DNA from: Massalongia carnosa
Taxonomy: Eukaryota
Length of the DNA: 64,000 nt
Assembly (NCBI GenBank): GCA_965645245.1
Contig: OZ287082.1
Span: 372,001-436,000 of the forward strand
Direction of reading: 5' to 3'
A model generated the notes under the pieces. It saw nothing but the letters and a program-made list of their open reading frames with translations. It was not told the origin of the DNA and did no database searches. Of the stretch, positions 59,006 through 64,000 are shown one piece after another (positions within the stretch are counted from its first letter, which is position 1; each line of letters opens with the position of its first letter). A program made the position numbers and the translations under genes.

Positions 59006-62000
59006 TATCAAAAGGTAGTATAGTAGATAGAGGATAGAACGCTTTCTTTTGTTCTATATAGTGGGATTAGCTATATTTATAGACAATGTACGGTATCCTA
59101 GTATTAGACTAGCGATACGTCTAGCCATTAGCGTGCGTCATACTCGTGCGGTAGAAGGCGAGTGCGGCTGAAATGAAGTAGCCTGATTTGTACATTCTAA
59201 CACTCCCACTCGGGCACTGAAATAGCACTCCCACATGATAAAGAGAAATTCAATAACTCCCACATACTCCAGTAAAATGTCATGCTTCCCAGTGGATCAC
59301 CTGCAGGTGAGTCAGTGTACTCCGCAGGCTAATGCTGCTGGCGATGTACGAAAACACCCCCACAGGCTCAGCTGTGGGTGATACTTTTTTATTTTTGGGT
59401 TAAGGTCGGATTTTTTACGACAAAAGGCTTCTGGTTTACTCTAAGCCCAAAGCCTTTCGAAAGACAACAAATTTGTCCTTTGGTAGGGCCTTGGTTAGGC
59501 CGTCAGCTACCTGCTCTTCGGTAGGAACATAGCGAAATTCCACTGATTTGTCTTCGATCTTCTCTCTTTGGTAGTGCCATTGGATGTCAATATGCTTACT
59601 CCGCGCGTGTGCCTGGGGATTTTTTGGCCAAAGCCATTGCTCCTTGATTGTCGCAGTGAATGATGATAGCATTTAGGGCGAAAGATGTAGGCAAGCAGGC
59701 AAGGGCTACAGAGGTGCTCTGGGTTTGGAGAGAGTGATTCCCAGGGACTTGAGGTGCTGAAAGTTGGTCGAGAAGACTAGACAGCCAGACGGCTTCCTTG
59801 GTGGCTTGAGTCTGACCCATGTACTCGGCTTCGCATGAAGATAGGGCTACGGTCGGTTGTCGTTTGGAAGACCAGCTAATAGCGCCACTACCCACATTAA
59901 ACACGAAGCCAGAGGTAGACCTTCGGGTATGATGATCTCCGGCCCAATCCGCGTCGGTGTAACCGTTCAAGGGTTGTAATTGACCTTTGTATGTTAACTG
60001 CAACGGAAGAGTGCCCTTGATGTATCGAAAGATGCGTTTGACTGCCTTCCAGTGCGTGTCGGTCGGGTTCGAGGCATAGCGGCTGACCACCGATACGGCG
60101 TAGGCTAAGTCAGGCCTGGTGCCTAGCATAGCATACATGAGAGAGCCCACCGCTGATTGGTAGCGGAGGCGGGAGTCATCTGTGGCCTGATGGCCCTCTG
60201 GTGCAGCCTCCAGTCGCCCATCCATCGGGGTAGCTACGGGGTTAGTGTCCCACATGCCATGGTCGCGTAGTACTTTTTCCAGATAGGCCTGCTGACCAAG
60301 GCGAAGAATCCTATAGCCCGATCCCGAGTTATCGTCATGCCTAGGTAATAATTGATAGGGCCTAAATCAACCATCGAGAACTCGTCGCTCAACAATTTCT
60401 TGACACGTTGTTTCTCGGAAGAATAAGAGCCAGTGATGATTAAATCATCGACGTAAATAGCTACGATAACCCCTTCTTTAACGAAAACGCTAAGGTCGGC
60501 GTTGACTGGAACGAATTCATGAGACTTGAAAAAAGTAGTGATCGTTTCATACCAGATTCTAGACGACTGTTTCAGGCCATAAAGAGCTTTCTTCAACTTG
60601 CAAACTCTCGTTGACCCGTCATCCAGACCGGTTAGTTGCTCCACGTAGATTTCCTCGTCCACCCTTCCGTACAAGAAGGCTGTTTTTACGTCCATTTGGT
60701 GAATTTCCCAATCATTGGCTGCAGCGATAGCGAAGATGGCTTTATAGCTCATTGGCTTCACTACTGAAGCAAAAGTCTCATTGTAGTCAATGCCTTCACG
60801 TTGCTCAAAGCCTCTGACTACCCATCGAGCCTTGTAACGAAGAATCTCGCCAGCCGGGCCTCGTTTGATTTTATAAACCCATTTGGCTCGCAGAGCTTTG
60901 CGGTCCGGGGGCAGCGAGGTGAGGATCCAGGTATCATTTTCGTTGATAGAGTCAATTTCTTCCTGCATTGCCCTTCGCCAATCCTTTTCCTCCCGACTAT
61001 CTACGGCCTGTTTATAGGTTTTAGGCTCGTATGGCTCCGGGTCATTGGCTCGAGCAAGAAGAGCCAAAAGAGCTAGCGGGTCAGGCGAGGGGGCACGAAG
61101 TTTTGGATGCTTAGAGAGAATATCTGCCTGGGACCAAGGCTCAATGGGTAGTTGGTTTGCCAATGCCTCTTGTCCAGCGTTTGATGGGAGAGGTCCAGTG
61201 GGAATTGATTCTATGGATTCATGAGCGTCGACTAAGTCCGTATGAGGGGAGTCCGTATGATGGGTAATTTTTTGCTTTCTTGTGGGCGGTCCTGACTTTC
61301 CAACATGTAGGGCTCTTTTAGTTTGAGAGAATGATAAGGCAGGAGGAGTTGGGGTGTTGTTATCTATCCACTGAACATTGGAATAACGCATGACAGCGCC
61401 CCGTGGATTTATCATTCGATAGATGTGATCGCCTTCGTATCCTACTAAAGTACATTTGGTGGCTCGTTCCTGAAATTTCTTCCATCCGGTGGAGGGCTTA
61501 CGATTTTGCGCATAGCCAGTCTGTCCTATTATCCTTAGATGTCCTAGTTCTGGTGGGCTGCCGGTGTGAGACTCGTAGGGGGTGATGGAGCGTCCCGCAG
61601 TTGGTTGTCGATTTCTTAGGTAGTTGGCAGTGAGAACCATTTCAGCCCAATATTTGATGTCGAGTTTAGCGCCTTCTCGCATGGTGCTGGCTAACTTGTG
61701 AAGCGTTTGACCTAGGCGCTCGGCTGCCCCGTTCATGGGAGGATTTCCCGGTACGGTAGGTTCCCACTGAATGCCATGCTCGTTTCTGAAATTCTCGAAG
61801 TCTTTGGAGTCACACTCACCCCCACAGTCCGATCGCAAGCGTTTAATTCGTTTGTCCCCATATTCATTTTGCTTCTTGTAGTTTTTAAAGGATTGAAGGA
61901 CTCCGTTTTTGACGCGCAGTAAGGTGACGTGGGACCGTTTATCGAAATCGCAAAGAAAGGTCCCTATATATTTGGCACCATTCAAGGCTTCTGGGAAAGG

Positions 62001-64000
62001 TCCTTAGACATCGCTGTGAATTAAGTCCAGCGGGTGCTTGCCTGGTTGGATGGGGGCCCGGTGTGGTTCTACTTGGGACTGAGCGATAGCGCACGGAGGA
62101 CAGGCGTCTTGGGGCGGGGGCTTGGTGAGGTCCATTCCTTTTGACATTTCAGCGAGCTTGAGAATGTTTTGATTTCCAAGATGGCCTAAACGAGCGTGCC
62201 ACATTTTTATCGCCTCGCTATTAATTGCAGCGAGAGCGAGAGCGGCTTCAGAGACGTTCCACATATTCAAGATATACAGATTGTTGTCCTGGCGGCGAGC
62301 GATGATACCATAGTTCCCGATTTCAATTCCCTCTGGTACAATCTTCAGGGGACATCCATCTCGTTGTAATTGTCCTTGGGAGATGAGATTTAGGCCTCCG
62401 TCCGGAACGTATAACACATCGAAAAGAGGGAACTCCCGAAGACCCTCGTTAACGGCACACCACAACATGACGTTACCTATTCCTTTGGGAATTAATACTC
62501 CTCCAATACCTTGAATTGGAGGGCAATCGGATGTCTTGAATAAGGTGAAGATGGAGCGATCGTGGGTAATATGTTGGCTAGTTCCAGAGTCACAGATCCA
62601 GAGCTTAGATATTTTGGTTATATCCGCGGTGGCCATGTAGGCGCAGAAGGCTCCTTTGGTTGAGTCATTGTTTCCGGTTGGCTTTTGGCTTTGACCTTGA
62701 CTTTTGGAATTCCTACGACGCTTATTAAACTTACGCTGTGAGTCTTGGTTAACGAGGTGTGGATATTTTTCACGACACTCGTTCTCTACGTGATATTCTT
62801 TTCGGCAGTGGTTGCAGAACTTGATGGTCTTGGTGATGATTCGAGAATGGGCTGTTCCGGGTTGAGCTCCTGCTTGGGTTTGAGCGTTTGAAACAGCTGC
62901 CATTGCGATTACGGCCTTATCGCTGGACTTGCTTGGGTTGGTCACCGTGTTTTGGAAATGCTGCATAGCCTGACTTAACGTGTGCTTGGGTTCACCCATT
63001 TCATTGAAAGGATCATGATCCTGAGCGTATCGTTCGAAATAGCTGTTGTATTCGAAGCCTAAATTGGTATGGAAGCGATAGATAAGCCAGTTTTCGTCCA
63101 GGCTTAGCTTGCTTGAGAAGGTGCGAAGCTTATTGACCGTGGCGCGAAATTGGATAACGTAGTCTGCAGGGCTGCTGCAATTCGATAGGATAAGGTGTCA
63201 TTGAGGAATCCCGAACCGCGAGGCTTATAGTTTGACTCAAGCAGGTCCCAGGCGACGGAAGCAGTAGTATGGTCTTCTATATCGGTGTAGGCATTTCCTT
63301 CACAAGCTAATCGAAGAGCAGTGCAGGCCTTATCTTGGCCCTTTTTCCATTTGTTGAAGCCATCATTGGGAGCGTTTGGGCGTGGTGCAGCTTCGGTGTT
63401 ATCACAATAGATCCAAAGATCTATCATTTTGAGGCAATCTCGCATAGCTCGCTTCCATGCTGGATAACCCTCGTGGTCCACTAGCTTAGGGATCCTATCA
63501 ATAGCGCTATAGGACCCCGATCCAGAGATTTTTTCACTCATGATGGAAAGGGTTTATTGGAAGAGCTTGATAGATTGTCCTTGTTAACGGACTGGCTTGA
63601 ACTGGTGTTTGGTTTTACCGGATTCCGACGGAGTGCTATTATAAGTGCTTGGTGACTTGGTTCTGGCTCTTAGATCGAAAGGATCACAGTCGCTGGGCGG
63701 TTCTAGGTCCGATTTTGATGTGGACTGACCGGGAGTGACTGGAGGCTCAGGGATGATGGTACAAAGCAATCCAATTTTGATTGATCTGAGTTATCCTCTA
63801 AGAGAAAAGCAACGATTTCCGCACTAGCCGCCTGTAATGTATGTTGTGAATCCCGTTCAAGCCTTGTTGCCGGCCTATTATTTGGTTGAGGCTTTGAGAG
63901 TCATTGGATCTCGGCAAGAGTGCCACGTAGGAATGGGGCAGTAATTGATATAATAGATCTAAATGCAGAAGCAGATGCAGGTGCAAAGATAGATTTGAGG
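59006..64000 (-). mobile_element. Ty1/copia retrotransposon (copia-3); 5' end lies beyond the window
   Basis: 3' LTR 59006-59202 with PPT GAGTGGGAG next to it; gag-pol 63541 to 59436. Confidence 0.93.
59436..63541 (-). pseudogene. Copia gag-pol with frameshifts
   Basis: CNHCRKEYHVENEC, ICDSGTS, WHARLGH, RSDCGGE, YGLKQS, YVDDL, YTDADWAG, KHIDIQWH, ADGLTK. Frame breaks near 63190, 62000, 60300 and 59620. Confidence 0.93.

Overview
This is a eukaryotic, filamentous-ascomycete-type repeat nest; a powdery-mildew-like host is only an inference from the repeat content. Nearly all of the 64 kb is nested transposable elements: three Ty1/copia elements, one chromoviral Ty3/gypsy, one pogo/Fot1 DNA transposon, several solo LTRs and two tiny TA-flanked MITEs. 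It also holds many copies of two Tad1-like LINE families: family A (AT-rich, ~0.9 kb 5'UTR, RNase H, poly-A tail) and family B (GC-richer, no RNase H, (ATCA/TCAA)n tail). The only host-type gene is a pseudogenised fungal NLR (HeLo-like/NACHT/ankyrin) at 7194-10706 (-). Three observations stand out. (1) A family-B LINE inserted in frame into a family-A LINE, giving a stop-free chimeric ORF1+ORF2 unit (A endonuclease, B reverse transcriptase, B 3' end). (2) A 4 kb insertion bounded by a 15-bp TSD joins a LINE 3' half to ~2 kb of non-LINE cargo. (3) That cargo carries four copies of a 35-nt motif with a tRNA T-loop/B-box hairpin and covarying closing stems. Everything was read by eye; no database searches were run.
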